In this document: positions 16,027 to 24,875 of the stretch, in pieces | Position numbering within the stretch: position 1 is the stretch's first letter | How the letters are laid out: every line of letters begins with the position of its first letter | Source: Candidatus Methylomirabilia bacterium | GTDB taxonomy: Bacteria > Methylomirabilota > Methylomirabilia > Rokubacteriales > CSP1-6 | Assembly (NCBI GenBank): GCA_041497115.1 | Contig: JBGQFW010000013.1 | Location: 1,646-65,645, forward strand | Reading direction: 5' to 3' | DNA length: 64,000 nt | Notes under the pieces: model-generated | Databases searched by the model: none | Seen by the model: only the letters and a program-made list of their open reading frames with translations | What the model was told of the DNA's origin: nothing | Position numbers and translations under genes: made by a program

Positions 16027-17565
16027 ATGGCTCTCGCCGCCACACTGGGATCGGTGCTGTTGCTGGTCGTCACCCTGCTCACGCCAACCGACCTGCTCGC
16101 CCAGACCAAGGACGACACCCTCGTCTACGCGCTGCAGAGCGACGTCCAGAACTGGGACCCGCCCAACTCGGTGCTCCGCGAGAGCATCATCCTGGGCTAC
16201 AACGTCTTCGACCACCTGGCCGCGCGTGATCTCAAGACCGGCCGGGTGGGCCCGAGCCTGGCGGTGTCGTGGAAGAACCTCGACGACACCACCTGGGAGG
16301 TCAAGCTCCGCAAGGGTGTGAAGTTCCACGACGGCACGCCGTTTTCCGGCAAGGACGTCAAGGCCACCTTCGACCGCGTGCTCAACCCGGAGAACAAGCT
16401 GACGGCCCGGGGCAATCACGCCAAGATCAAGAGCATCGAGGTGGTGGACGACCTCACCGTCCGCTTCCACACCGACGGCCCCTACCCGCTCTTCGTCGAG
16501 CGGCTCACCGCCCAGGTGATGCAGTCGGAGAAGGTGATCCGGGAAAAGGGCCACGAGTGGATGCAAGAAAACCCGATCGGCACCGGCCCCTACAAGCTCC
16601 TGAAGTGGTCCAAGAAGCAGGAACACCTGCTGGTGCGCAACGAGGACTACTGGGGGCCCAAGCCCGCCTTCAAGTACGTCCGCGTCCGGATCATCCCCGA
16701 GCAGGCCACCCAGATCGCCGAGCTGATCTCCGGCGGCGTGGACATCATCAAGGCGGTGCCGCCCGATCAGATGGACGTCATCAACAAGTCGGGCCAGGCC
16801 CGCACGTCGACGTCGCCGATCCTCCGCACCGCCTTCATCCAGCTCGACCAGGCGGGCCGCTCGGGCCCCAATCCCTTCCAGGATCGCCGCGTGCGGCTGG
16901 CCGCCAACCTCGCGGTCGACATGGACGGGATCATCAAGCACGTGCTCAACGGCCTCGGCGACCGGGTCGCGACCACGGTCAATCCCATGGCCTTCGGCTT
17001 CGACCCCGGCCTCAAGCCCTACAAGCAGGACCTGGCCCAGGCCAAGAAGCTCCTCGCCGAGGCCGGCTTCCCGAACGGGCTCGAGGTCGGCTTCCAGCGC
17101 GGGGGGGCGACGGTCGAGCCCGGGGTGATCCAGACTTCCGACGCGATCGTCGCCGACCTCGCCAAGGCCGGCATCCGGACCAAGGCGCGGATGATCGGCG
17201 AGGTCGGCCCCTTCACGAACCTGGTCCGGGACGGCAAGGCCGACCCGATGTTCGAGTGGTCGTGGGGCTACTATTCGATCTTCGACGCCGACGCCATCCT
17301 CTTCGACGTGATGACGTGCGGCCAGACGTACAGCGTCTACTGCAACAAGGTGCTGGACGACCTGGTGATCCAGGGCCGCTCGACGCTCGACCCCAAGAAG
17401 CGGACGGAGATCTACACGAAGGCCCAGAAGCTCATCTATGACGACGCGGCCTACCTGTTCAAGTGGGGGCTGCGCGGGGTGTGGGGCATCAGCAACCGGG
17501 TCGAGTACGAGGCGCCGCGGGACGAGGTGGACCGGATGTTCGTCGTGACGCCGCGGAAGAAGTAG
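16027..17565 (+). CDS. ABC transporter substrate-binding protein, family 5 (peptide/nickel/opine type)
   Basis: 512 aa with a signal peptide (MALAATLGSVLLLVVTLLTPTDLLAQ). SBP_bac_5-type motifs are present (WKNLDDTTWEVKLRKGVKFHDGTPF, GTGPYKL). A GAAGGAGGG Shine-Dalgarno lies upstream. Confidence 0.9.
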   Translation: MALAATLGSVLLLVVTLLTPTDLLAQTKDDTLVYALQSDVQNWDPPNSVLRESIILGYNVFDHLAARDLKTGRVGPSLAVSWKNLDDTTWEVKLRKGVKFHDGTPFSGKDVKATFDRVLNPENKLTARGNHAKIKSIEVVDDLTVRFHTDGPYPLFVERLTAQVMQSEKVIREKGHEWMQENPIGTGPYKLLKWSKKQEHLLVRNEDYWGPKPAFKYVRVRIIPEQATQIAELISGGVDIIKAVPPDQMDVINKSGQARTSTSPILRTAFIQLDQAGRSGPNPFQDRRVRLAANLAVDMDGIIKHVLNGLGDRVATTVNPMAFGFDPGLKPYKQDLAQAKKLLAEAGFPNGLEVGFQRGGATVEPGVIQTSDAIVADLAKAGIRTKARMIGEVGPFTNLVRDGKADPMFEWSWGYYSIFDADAILFDVMTCGQTYSVYCNKVLDDLVIQGRSTLDPKKRTEIYTKAQKLIYDDAAYLFKWGLRGVWGISNRVEYEAPRDEVDRMFVVTPRKK

Positions 17566-17580
17566 GCGACCCGAAGCCAT

Positions 17581-17623
17581 CTCACGCCGCCCCCGCCCCG
17601 GTCGGGGGCGCGGGCGGCGTGAG
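17581..17623 (+). promoter_or_regulatory. Very stable intercistronic stem-loop between the binding-protein and permease genes
   Basis: CTCACGCCGCCCCCGCCCC / GGGGCGCGGGCGGCGTGAG pair over 18 bp with one mismatch and a 5-nt loop. It sits 16 nt after the SBP stop and 12 nt before the permease ATG. Confidence 0.55.
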
Positions 17624-17634
17624 CGGCGTCCGTC

Positions 17635-18552
17635 ATGCGACGCTACATCGCCCGGCAGCTGGTCCAGCTCGTGGTCGTGGTCCTCGGGATCTCCGTCCTC
17701 GCCTTCATGATCCTGCACGTCCTCGGCGACCCCGTGCTGCTGCTCCTGCCCCAGAACGCCGGCAAGGAAGAGTTCGCGCGCTACCACCACCTGCTCGGCC
17801 TCGACCGGCCGCTCTACGTGCAGTACTGGAAGTTCCTGTCGAGCGCCGTGCTCGGCGACTTCGGCAAGTCGTGGTATGCCGACACGCCCGCCTTCCGCCT
17901 CGTCCTCGAGCGGATGCCGCCGACGATCTACCTCACGCTCGCGGGCTTCGTGGTCGGGATCCTGATCGCGCTGCCGCTCGGCACCCTGGCCGCGCTCAAG
18001 CGTCACTCGTGGCTGGACAGCCTCTGCACGACGATCGCGGTGGCCGGCCAGGCCACGCCGCTGTTCTGGCTCGGCATCATGCTGATCATCGTGTTCGCGG
18101 TGCGGCTCAGGGCGCTGCCGGCGTCCGGCTACGGCACCTGGCAGCACTTCCTGATGCCGGCGTTCTGCCTGGGCGCCGCGCTGGCCCCGATCACGATGCG
18201 CCTGGTGCGCTCCGGCGTCATCGAGGTCATGAACATGGAGTTCATCAAGACCGCGCGCGCCAAGGGCGTGTCGGAGCCGGTGGTGGTGGTCAAGCACGCG
18301 CTGCGCAACGCGTGCATCCCCGTGATCACGGTGCTGGGACTGCAGTTCGGCCAGCTCCTGGGCGGCGCCATCATCACCGAGACGGTGTTCGCGTGGCCGG
18401 GCGTCGCCACCCTCACCGTGGAGTCGATCCGCAACCAGGACTTCCCGGTCGTGCAATGCGCGGTGATCCTGCTCGCCCTGCTCATCGTCGCCGTGAACCT
18501 GATCGTCGATCTCATCGTGGGATTCATCGACCCCCGCATCCGCGCCGCATGA
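17635..18552 (+). CDS. ABC transporter permease (DppB/OppB-like)
   Basis: 305 aa starting MRRYIARQLVQLVVVVLGISVLAFMILH, the canonical DppB-type N-terminus. It is multi-TM and carries the EAA-loop region FIKTARAKGVSE. Confidence 0.9.
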   Translation: MRRYIARQLVQLVVVVLGISVLAFMILHVLGDPVLLLLPQNAGKEEFARYHHLLGLDRPLYVQYWKFLSSAVLGDFGKSWYADTPAFRLVLERMPPTIYLTLAGFVVGILIALPLGTLAALKRHSWLDSLCTTIAVAGQATPLFWLGIMLIIVFAVRLRALPASGYGTWQHFLMPAFCLGAALAPITMRLVRSGVIEVMNMEFIKTARAKGVSEPVVVVKHALRNACIPVITVLGLQFGQLLGGAIITETVFAWPGVATLTVESIRNQDFPVVQCAVILLALLIVAVNLIVDLIVGFIDPRIRAA

Positions 18553-19472
18553 CGACGCTGAGCGCCTCCGGCAAGGTCGAGCTGGCCGGCCTCGGCCCGG
18601 CCCGCGCCGGCACGCCGGAGGCCGGCCACGCCACCCTGCGGCGCCTGCTGCGGCTGCGCTGGGGCGTGGGCGCCGCCGGCGTCCTGCTGCTCGTCGTGGC
18701 CAGCGCGGTGCTGGCGTCGTGGATCGCGCCCCACGACCCGCTCGCGGTGAACATCCGCCACCGCCTCTCGCCGCCGGCCTGGATGGAGGGCGGCACCGCC
18801 GCGCACCCGCTGGGCACCGACCAGGTCGGCCGCGACCTGCTGTCGCGCATGATCTACGGCGGCCGGGTCTCGCTGGTGGTGGGCGTCACGGCGGTGCTCA
18901 TGTCGGCCACCATCGGCGTCCTGCTCGGCCTCGGCGCCGGCTACTTCGGCGGCAACGTCGACTGGGTGATCATGGCCGGCATCAACGTCATGCTGACGTT
19001 TCCGTTCGTGCTGCTCGCCCTCGCCGTGATCGCCGTGCTGGGCCCCAGCCTGGTCAACATGATCATCGTGCTCGGCACCGCCGGCTGGCCGATCTACGCG
19101 CGCGTCGTCCGGGCCGAGACCCTGACCATTCGCGAGCGCGAGTTCGTGCTGGCCGGCCGCGCGCTCGGCATGAGCCACGCACGCCTGATGTTCCGCCAGA
19201 TCCTGCCCAACCTCGTCTCGGTGATCGTGGTGATCGCGACGCTCCAGGTGGCCCAGGTGATCATCCTGGAATCGTTCCTCTCGTTCCTGGGGCTGGGCAT
19301 CCAGCCGCCCACGCCCGCGTGGGGCAACATGCTCGGCGAGGGGCGCCTCTACATGCTGAACTCGTGGTGGATCGCCACCTTCCCGGGGCTGGCGATCTTC
19401 GTCACCACGCTGGTCATCAACCTCGTCGGCAACGCGCTGCGCGACTGGCTCGACCCGCACTCGAAGCTCTGA
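18549..19472 (+). CDS. ABC transporter permease (DppC/OppC-like)
   Basis: ATG 18549 overlaps the preceding stop as ATGA. It has the PLGTDQVGRDLLSRMIYGGRVSL motif typical of DppC. This is the C-terminal 307 aa of the artefactually long ORF 17463..19472. Confidence 0.9.
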   Translation: MTTLSASGKVELAGLGPARAGTPEAGHATLRRLLRLRWGVGAAGVLLLVVASAVLASWIAPHDPLAVNIRHRLSPPAWMEGGTAAHPLGTDQVGRDLLSRMIYGGRVSLVVGVTAVLMSATIGVLLGLGAGYFGGNVDWVIMAGINVMLTFPFVLLALAVIAVLGPSLVNMIIVLGTAGWPIYARVVRAETLTIREREFVLAGRALGMSHARLMFRQILPNLVSVIVVIATLQVAQVIILESFLSFLGLGIQPPTPAWGNMLGEGRLYMLNSWWIATFPGLAIFVTTLVINLVGNALRDWLDPHSKL

Positions 19473-19485
19473 GGCCCGGCCTCGC

Positions 19486-21009
19486 TCAGCGCGCCTTCAG
19501 CCGCAGGTCCTCGTAGGGCGCGGAGTACGAGAACCCCTTGATGTGGTCCACGCACGCCTCCTCGACGCGCGGCCCCACGCCCCACAGGAAGGCCAGCTCG
19601 TAGATCGGCACGTGCATCACCCGGTCGTGCATGATCTGCTGGATCTGGTAGAGCATCGCCTCGCGCCGCTTGGGGTCGAGCTCGCGCGCCTGGCGCTGGA
19701 AGAGGTCCTCGATCTCGGGCACCACGCCGGTCGAGTAGATCCCGTTCTTCGTCACGTACACCTCGATGCGCGTGGCCGCGTTGCCGGCGGGCGCGCCGAG
19801 CCCCATGATGACGCCCTTGAGCTTGTGCTCGCGCCACGCCGAGAGGAAGGTGGCGCGCTCCAGCGTGCGCAGGTGCGTGCGGATGCCGACCGCCTGCAGA
19901 TAGTTGCCGATCGCCTCCGCCAGCGAGAAGAACGGCGGGAACGGCGTGAGGTCGCCGGCCTCGAAGCCGCCGGGGTACCCGGCCTCGGCCAGCAGCTTCT
20001 TGGCCAGCGCGGGATCGTAGGCGGGAGGCTCGTAGGTCCGGGCGAACGCCAGCACGCGCGGAATGAGACCGCCGGTCGGGCGCGAGAGGCCCAGCGTCTC
20101 CGCCTGGTTGAGGCCGTTGCGGTCGAGCGCGTGGCTGGCCGCCAGCCGCACGCGCCGGTCGTGCCACGGCGATTTCGCGTCCCACTGCTCGGGCAGGTCG
20201 AGGAAGACCACCCCCGGCGGCTTGGCGGCGGCCAGCGTGAACCCCGGCGAGCGCCGGACGTCCTCGGCGTTCGGCCCGCTCAGCAGGTAGACGATGTCCA
20301 CGTCGCCGGCCTTGAGCGCGGCGGCGCGCGTCGTCTCGTCGGCCATGGACTTAAAGACGAGCCGCTTCACCGAGGGCGTCTTGCGCCAGTAGCCCTCGAA
20401 GGCCTCCATCACCAGCTCCACACCCGGCGTGAAGCTCACGACGCGGTACGGCCCGGCGCCGATGGGCGCCTTCAGGAAGCCGTCGTCGCCGACCTTCTCG
20501 ACGTAGCGCTTGGGGACGATCCATGCCGCCCCGGTGGCGGAGGTGCCGTAGAAGGTCATGAAGTCGGGCCACGGCTCCTTGAGGTGGAACCTGACGCGAC
20601 CGGGATCGACGATCTGCACCTCGCGCACGCGGTCCTTGAGCAGCTTGGCGGCGGCGCCGCGATAGCGCTCGAACGAGAACTTGACGTCCTCGGCGGTCAC
20701 CGGGTCGCCGTTGTGGAACTTGACGCCCTTGCGGAGGACGAACTCGTAGGTGAGCCCGTCCTTCGACACCGTCCACGACTCGGCCAGGCTCGGCGTGTTG
20801 TCGCCGGCCGGCATCGGCTTCACCAGCGCGTCGTGGATGGCGTAGAGCACCATGAACGGGTTGATGAACGCCTCGGTGTCGGCGGGGTCGAGCCACTTCG
20901 CGGCGAGCGTGACGTGCAGCCCCCAGGTCAGCGTCCCCTCGGGCGCGGCGGCGGCGGGCGACACGAGAACGGCGAGCAGCAGCAGAACGGCGAGCGTGAC
21001 GTGTCTCAT
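19486..21009 (-). CDS. ABC transporter substrate-binding protein, family 5 (second copy, convergent)
   Basis: 507 aa with a signal peptide (MRHVTLAVLLLLAVLVSPAAAAPEG). It has ESWTVSKDGLTYEFVLRKGVKFHNGDPV and GAGPYRV motifs. Confidence 0.9.
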   Translation of the reverse strand: MRHVTLAVLLLLAVLVSPAAAAPEGTLTWGLHVTLAAKWLDPADTEAFINPFMVLYAIHDALVKPMPAGDNTPSLAESWTVSKDGLTYEFVLRKGVKFHNGDPVTAEDVKFSFERYRGAAAKLLKDRVREVQIVDPGRVRFHLKEPWPDFMTFYGTSATGAAWIVPKRYVEKVGDDGFLKAPIGAGPYRVVSFTPGVELVMEAFEGYWRKTPSVKRLVFKSMADETTRAAALKAGDVDIVYLLSGPNAEDVRRSPGFTLAAAKPPGVVFLDLPEQWDAKSPWHDRRVRLAASHALDRNGLNQAETLGLSRPTGGLIPRVLAFARTYEPPAYDPALAKKLLAEAGYPGGFEAGDLTPFPPFFSLAEAIGNYLQAVGIRTHLRTLERATFLSAWREHKLKGVIMGLGAPAGNAATRIEVYVTKNGIYSTGVVPEIEDLFQRQARELDPKRREAMLYQIQQIMHDRVMHVPIYELAFLWGVGPRVEEACVDHIKGFSYSAPYEDLRLKAR

Positions 21010-21055
21010 GGGACCTCCGGTCCGGCCATAGTACGCCAGGAGGCGCGCCGGCGGA

Positions 21056-22147
21056 CTACCGGGCGGGATCGAACGGGGCCAGGTCCACCGACACCGCCGC
21101 GCCCCCGGCGATCAGCTCGGCGAGCGCCAGGCCGGTGGCGGGCGCGTTCAGGATGCCCCACGGCCCGTGGCCCGTCGCGACGTAGGCGCCGGCCACGCCG
21201 GGGACGCGGCCGATCAGCGGCAGCCCGTCGTCGGTGACGGGCCGGTAGCACGCCTGCCGGCGCGTGACGCGCGCCGCCGCCAGCTGCGTGGACACGCGGC
21301 CGGCCGCGCGCGCCAGGACGTCGCACGCCGCCTCGCTCACCTCGACGCCCTCCGGCGCGTCGGGCAGCGGCTGCAGATCGGCCATCCCGCACACGTAGAC
21401 CTCGCCGTCGGCGCGCGGGAAGATCTCCGGCTCGAGGCGGCGGCCGTCGGCCGTCCGATAGTCCACGAACAGCGCGTGGGCGGGGACGCCGGCGCCGGCG
21501 AGCGTCACGCTGTAGCCCTTGAGCCCGCGCACCCGCGGCAGACCCAACCGCCCGGCGAGGCGGCCCGTCCACGGCCCCATGGCGAGGACCACGGCGTCGC
21601 CGTCCAGCGCCGCGCCGTCCACGCGCACGCCGCGCGTGGCGCCGTCATGCTCCAGCACGTCCTCGACGACGCCCGGCCGCAGCGCGGCGCCGCATCCCCG
21701 CGCCGCGTCGAGCAGCGCCGCGGTGAAGCGCGCGGGGTGCACCTGCGCGGTGGTCTCGGTGGTGCCGAGCGCGGCGGTCACCACGCCGCTCCCGTCGAGC
21801 CAGCCGGGCGCGGCCACGCGATGGCCGCCCGCCACGCTCCCCCGCTCGCGCGCGGCCAGCATGAACGTGTCCACGCGGCGGTAGCCGTAGTCGGCGCCGA
21901 GCCGCCCCGCCAGCCCGGCGTGCAGCGCGAAGCTGGCGCGGGCCAGCGGCCCGAGCGGCGAGTCGTCGCACCAGTCGAGCGCCAGGAACCCGCCGGACTT
22001 GCCGGAGGCGGCGCACGCCACGCCGGAGCGCTCGACGACGGTCACCGCGACGCCGCGCGAGGCGAGAAAGTACGCGACCGAGGCGCCGATCACGCCGGCG
22101 CCGCAGACGATCACGTGGCGGGGAGGCGGCACGGCCGCATCGTACAC
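21056..22147 (-). CDS. FAD-dependent oxidoreductase (DAO family; glycine/D-amino-acid oxidase-like)
   Basis: 363 aa with the dinucleotide-binding N-terminus HVIVCGAGVIGASVAYFLASRGVAVTVVE. The C-terminal GHGPWGILNAPATG is typical of the DAO family. Confidence 0.85.
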   Translation of the reverse strand: MYDAAVPPPRHVIVCGAGVIGASVAYFLASRGVAVTVVERSGVACAASGKSGGFLALDWCDDSPLGPLARASFALHAGLAGRLGADYGYRRVDTFMLAARERGSVAGGHRVAAPGWLDGSGVVTAALGTTETTAQVHPARFTAALLDAARGCGAALRPGVVEDVLEHDGATRGVRVDGAALDGDAVVLAMGPWTGRLAGRLGLPRVRGLKGYSVTLAGAGVPAHALFVDYRTADGRRLEPEIFPRADGEVYVCGMADLQPLPDAPEGVEVSEAACDVLARAAGRVSTQLAAARVTRRQACYRPVTDDGLPLIGRVPGVAGAYVATGHGPWGILNAPATGLALAELIAGGAAVSVDLAPFDPAR

Positions 22148-22197
22148 GATCGTGGACTCTTGATCGGCCCACGCCGGCTCGATATGCTCCGGGCAGG

Positions 22198-22785
22198 ATG
22201 AACCTCACCGTCGTCCCCGACGCGCGAATCCGACGCTGGACACGCGCAGAGTACGAGCGGGTCGTCGAGCTCGGCGTCTTCCGACCCGACGAGCGGCTGG
22301 AGCTGCTCGACGGGTTGCTGGTCGTCCGCGAGCCGCAAGGGCGCCGGCACGCCGCGGCCATCCGGCGCGTGCTGGCGGCCCTGCATCGGGCGCTCGGCGA
22401 GGCCTGGCAGATCGACTCGCAGCTTCCCGTCGCGCTCGACGACGCTTCGGAGCCGGAGCCCGACGTCGCGGTCGTGGAGCGAGATCGCCACGCCTACCGC
22501 GACGCGCATCCATCGCGCGCCGTGCTCATCGTCGAAGTTGCGGACCGCTCCTACCGGACCGACCACGAGTACAAGGCGAGTCTCTACGCGCGGGCGGGTG
22601 TGCCGGAATTCTGGATCGTCGATCTCGCCCACGACACGCTCGAGGTCCATCGCGATCCCGACGCGTCACCGGACGCCCCGTGCGGCTGGCGCTACCGCCG
22701 CGTGGAGACGCTGCGGCCGCCGGCCGCCGTGGCCCCGCTCGCCGCGCCCGCCGCCGCGATCGCCGTCGCCGACCTCCTGCCCTGA
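22198..22785 (+). CDS. Uma2-family (DUF820) putative endonuclease
   Basis: 195 aa. Motifs present are WTRAEYERVVELGVF, ELLDGLLV, PEPDVAVV, LIVEVADRS, YARAGVPEFWIVDL. This is the PD-(D/E)xK-like Uma2 pattern. Confidence 0.8.
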   Translation: MNLTVVPDARIRRWTRAEYERVVELGVFRPDERLELLDGLLVVREPQGRRHAAAIRRVLAALHRALGEAWQIDSQLPVALDDASEPEPDVAVVERDRHAYRDAHPSRAVLIVEVADRSYRTDHEYKASLYARAGVPEFWIVDLAHDTLEVHRDPDASPDAPCGWRYRRVETLRPPAAVAPLAAPAAAIAVADLLP

Positions 22786-22792
22786 CGGCCGG

Positions 22793-23671
22793 CTACAGCC
22801 GGAGGGACTTCAGATAGGCGCGGAACTCGGCGCCGAGGTCGGGCCGGGCCAGCGCGAACGCCACGGTGGTCTTGAGGAACCCCAGCCGGTCGCCGGTGTC
22901 GTAGCGCGTGCCCTCGAACTGCACCGCGTACATCGGCCGCCGCCCGCGCAGCGCGCGCAGCCCGTCGGTCAGCTGGATCTCGCCGCGCGCGTCGGCGGGC
23001 GTGCCGGCGAGGACGTCGAACAGGTCCGGGGTGAGCACGTAGCGGCCGATGATGGCGAGGTCGGAGGGCGCGTCCTCGACCCGGGGCTTCTCGACGAGGT
23101 CGCTGATCTCCCAGACGTTGCCGCCGATGTTGCGGCCGGCGATGACGCCGTACTGGTCGAGGCGCGCGCGCTCCACCCGCTCGACGGCGATGACGGGGTG
23201 GCCGTACCTGTCGTAGACGTCGAGCAGCTGGCGCATGCACGGCACCCGGGCGCCGGCGATGATGTCGTCGCCGAGCAGGACGCCGAACGGCTCGTCGTCC
23301 ACCACCGCGCGCGCGGCGAGGACGGCGTGGCCGAGGCCGAGCGGCTGCTTCTGGCGGACGTAGCACATCTCGGCGAGCGCCGAGATCGCCTGGACCTGGG
23401 CCAGCTCGTCGGTCTTGCCGCGGTCGCTCAGGTAGCGCTCCAGCTCGAACGCGGTATCGAAGTGGTCCTCGATCGCGCGCTTGTTGCGTCCGGTGACGAT
23501 GATGAGCCGGGCCAGTCCCGAGGCCACCGCCTCCTCGACCACGTACTGGATGGTCGGCGTGTCCACCAGCGGCAGCATCTCCTTGGGCTGGGCCTTGGTG
23601 GCGGGCAGAAAGCGGGTGCCGAGGCCGGCGGCGGGAATCACGGCTTTGCGGACGCGCGGAGGGGAGCTCAT
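22793..23671 (-). CDS. galU: UTP--glucose-1-phosphate uridylyltransferase
   Basis: 292 aa. The nucleotide-binding loop is VRKAVIPAAGLGTRFLPATKAQPKEMLPLVD. Also present is VEKP...IIGRYVL. Confidence 0.9.
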   Translation of the reverse strand: MSSPPRVRKAVIPAAGLGTRFLPATKAQPKEMLPLVDTPTIQYVVEEAVASGLARLIIVTGRNKRAIEDHFDTAFELERYLSDRGKTDELAQVQAISALAEMCYVRQKQPLGLGHAVLAARAVVDDEPFGVLLGDDIIAGARVPCMRQLLDVYDRYGHPVIAVERVERARLDQYGVIAGRNIGGNVWEISDLVEKPRVEDAPSDLAIIGRYVLTPDLFDVLAGTPADARGEIQLTDGLRALRGRRPMYAVQFEGTRYDTGDRLGFLKTTVAFALARPDLGAEFRAYLKSLRL

Positions 23672-23708
23672 CGCCGACTGCGTCCCATGATACTCCGCCG
23701 CGACGCGC

Positions 23709-24875
23709 TCACCGGCCCGGCCGCGTCCGCCCCACGCCCTCCAGGATGGCGATGATGACCAGCACGCAGGCGGCCTGGGTCAGCACCACCGCCGCCTCCC
23801 GCGGGGTCGTCTGCTTGAGGAGCAGCGCCGACAGCCCGAGCGTGCCGGCGATGAAGTAGATCAGGCAGACGCTCTGGGCCTTGCTGAGCCCCAGCGCCTC
23901 GAAGCGGTGATGGATGTGGTCCTTGCCGGTGTAGGCCAGCCACTCGCGCACCGAGTGCACCTGCCCCCTGAGGATTCGCACGACGCCGACGAAGGCGATG
24001 TCGAAGAGCGGCACCGCCAGGATGAGCACGGGGGTCAGCAGGGCGACCAGCGGGCTGTCGTCGGACCACTCCCCCATGACGGCCAGCCCGGCCAGCGTGA
24101 AGCCGATGAAGCTGGCGCCGGCGTCGCCGAGGAAGATCGTGGCGCCGCCCGGGCGGAAGTTGTAGGGCAGGAAGCCCAGGCAGGCGCCGACCATCGGCGC
24201 CGCCAGGAAGAAGAGGTAGGGCTGGTTCGTCTGCAGCGCGGTGACGCCGAAGAACAGCGCCGCGATCACGCCGAGCCCGCTGGCGAGGCCGTCCATGCCG
24301 TCGAGGAACTGGAGCGCGTTCGTCACGGTGAGGAACCACAGCAGCGTGAGCGCCAGATTGAGGACGAACGCGAGCGGCCACCAGTACGGAATCACGTTGA
24401 GCACGACGCCGTAGCCCAGGGCGATCGCGACGGCGACCACCTGCCCGGCCAGCTTCACGGTCGCCGGCAAATCCACCAGGTCGTCGACGAGCCCGACCGC
24501 CACCAGGAGGGCGGCGCCCAGCGCCACGCCCTTGAGCCCGCGGGAGAAGTGGAAGTTGAAGAGCACGGTGAGGGCCACCGCGCCGTAGACGGCGGCGCCG
24601 CCCATGAGCGGCGTGGCCACCTGGTGGACCTTGCGGGCCGACGGCGCGTCGAGGGCGCCGAGGCGGACGGCGAGCGCACGCACGATCGGCACGCCGGCGA
24701 AGGACAGCGCGAACGCCAGCGTGAGCAGGTAGGCCCAGTCCAGCCGCGCCCCGCCAAACCACGTCCGCACGCCGGGCAGCAGCAGCGCCCCCGCCAGCGC
24801 GAGGCGCGCCAGCGTCGCCGTCACCGTCGCCGCCGGCGCGCGCGAGGCCTCGCGGCCGCCCGCCGCGACGCTCAT
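23709..24875 (-). CDS. Polyprenyl-phosphate sugar-1-phosphate transferase (MraY/WecA family; initiating phosphoglycosyl transferase)
   Basis: 388 aa counted from ATG 24875, which forms an ATGA overlap with the DegT stop. It has about 10 TM helices. The motifs VGLVDDLVDL, NALQFLDGMDGLASG and GDAGASFIGF are the WecA/MraY signature. Confidence 0.85.
   Translation of the reverse strand: MSVAAGGREASRAPAATVTATLARLALAGALLLPGVRTWFGGARLDWAYLLTLAFALSFAGVPIVRALAVRLGALDAPSARKVHQVATPLMGGAAVYGAVALTVLFNFHFSRGLKGVALGAALLVAVGLVDDLVDLPATVKLAGQVVAVAIALGYGVVLNVIPYWWPLAFVLNLALTLLWFLTVTNALQFLDGMDGLASGLGVIAALFFGVTALQTNQPYLFFLAAPMVGACLGFLPYNFRPGGATIFLGDAGASFIGFTLAGLAVMGEWSDDSPLVALLTPVLILAVPLFDIAFVGVVRILRGQVHSVREWLAYTGKDHIHHRFEALGLSKAQSVCLIYFIAGTLGLSALLLKQTTPREAAVVLTQAACVLVIIAILEGVGRTRPGR

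Noticed and set aside
14086-18456. A 1456-aa minus-strand ORF, with similar giants at 46313..50857 (+, 1514 aa), 17463..19472 and 52989..54506
   Set aside because: Their translations are monotonous Arg/Gly/Pro/Ala/Asp strings with no motifs. They run antisense or out of frame to genes with clear family signatures (cyclase, SBP, permeases, Wzc, HD-GYP). They are typical open-frame artefacts of DNA above 70% GC.
22198-22785. The Uma2 nuclease as part of a restriction-modification or defence island
   Set aside because: No methyltransferase, specificity, ATPase or toxin/antitoxin partner is adjacent. It is flanked by an oxidoreductase gene and galU. Uma2 genes are commonly solitary and multi-copy.
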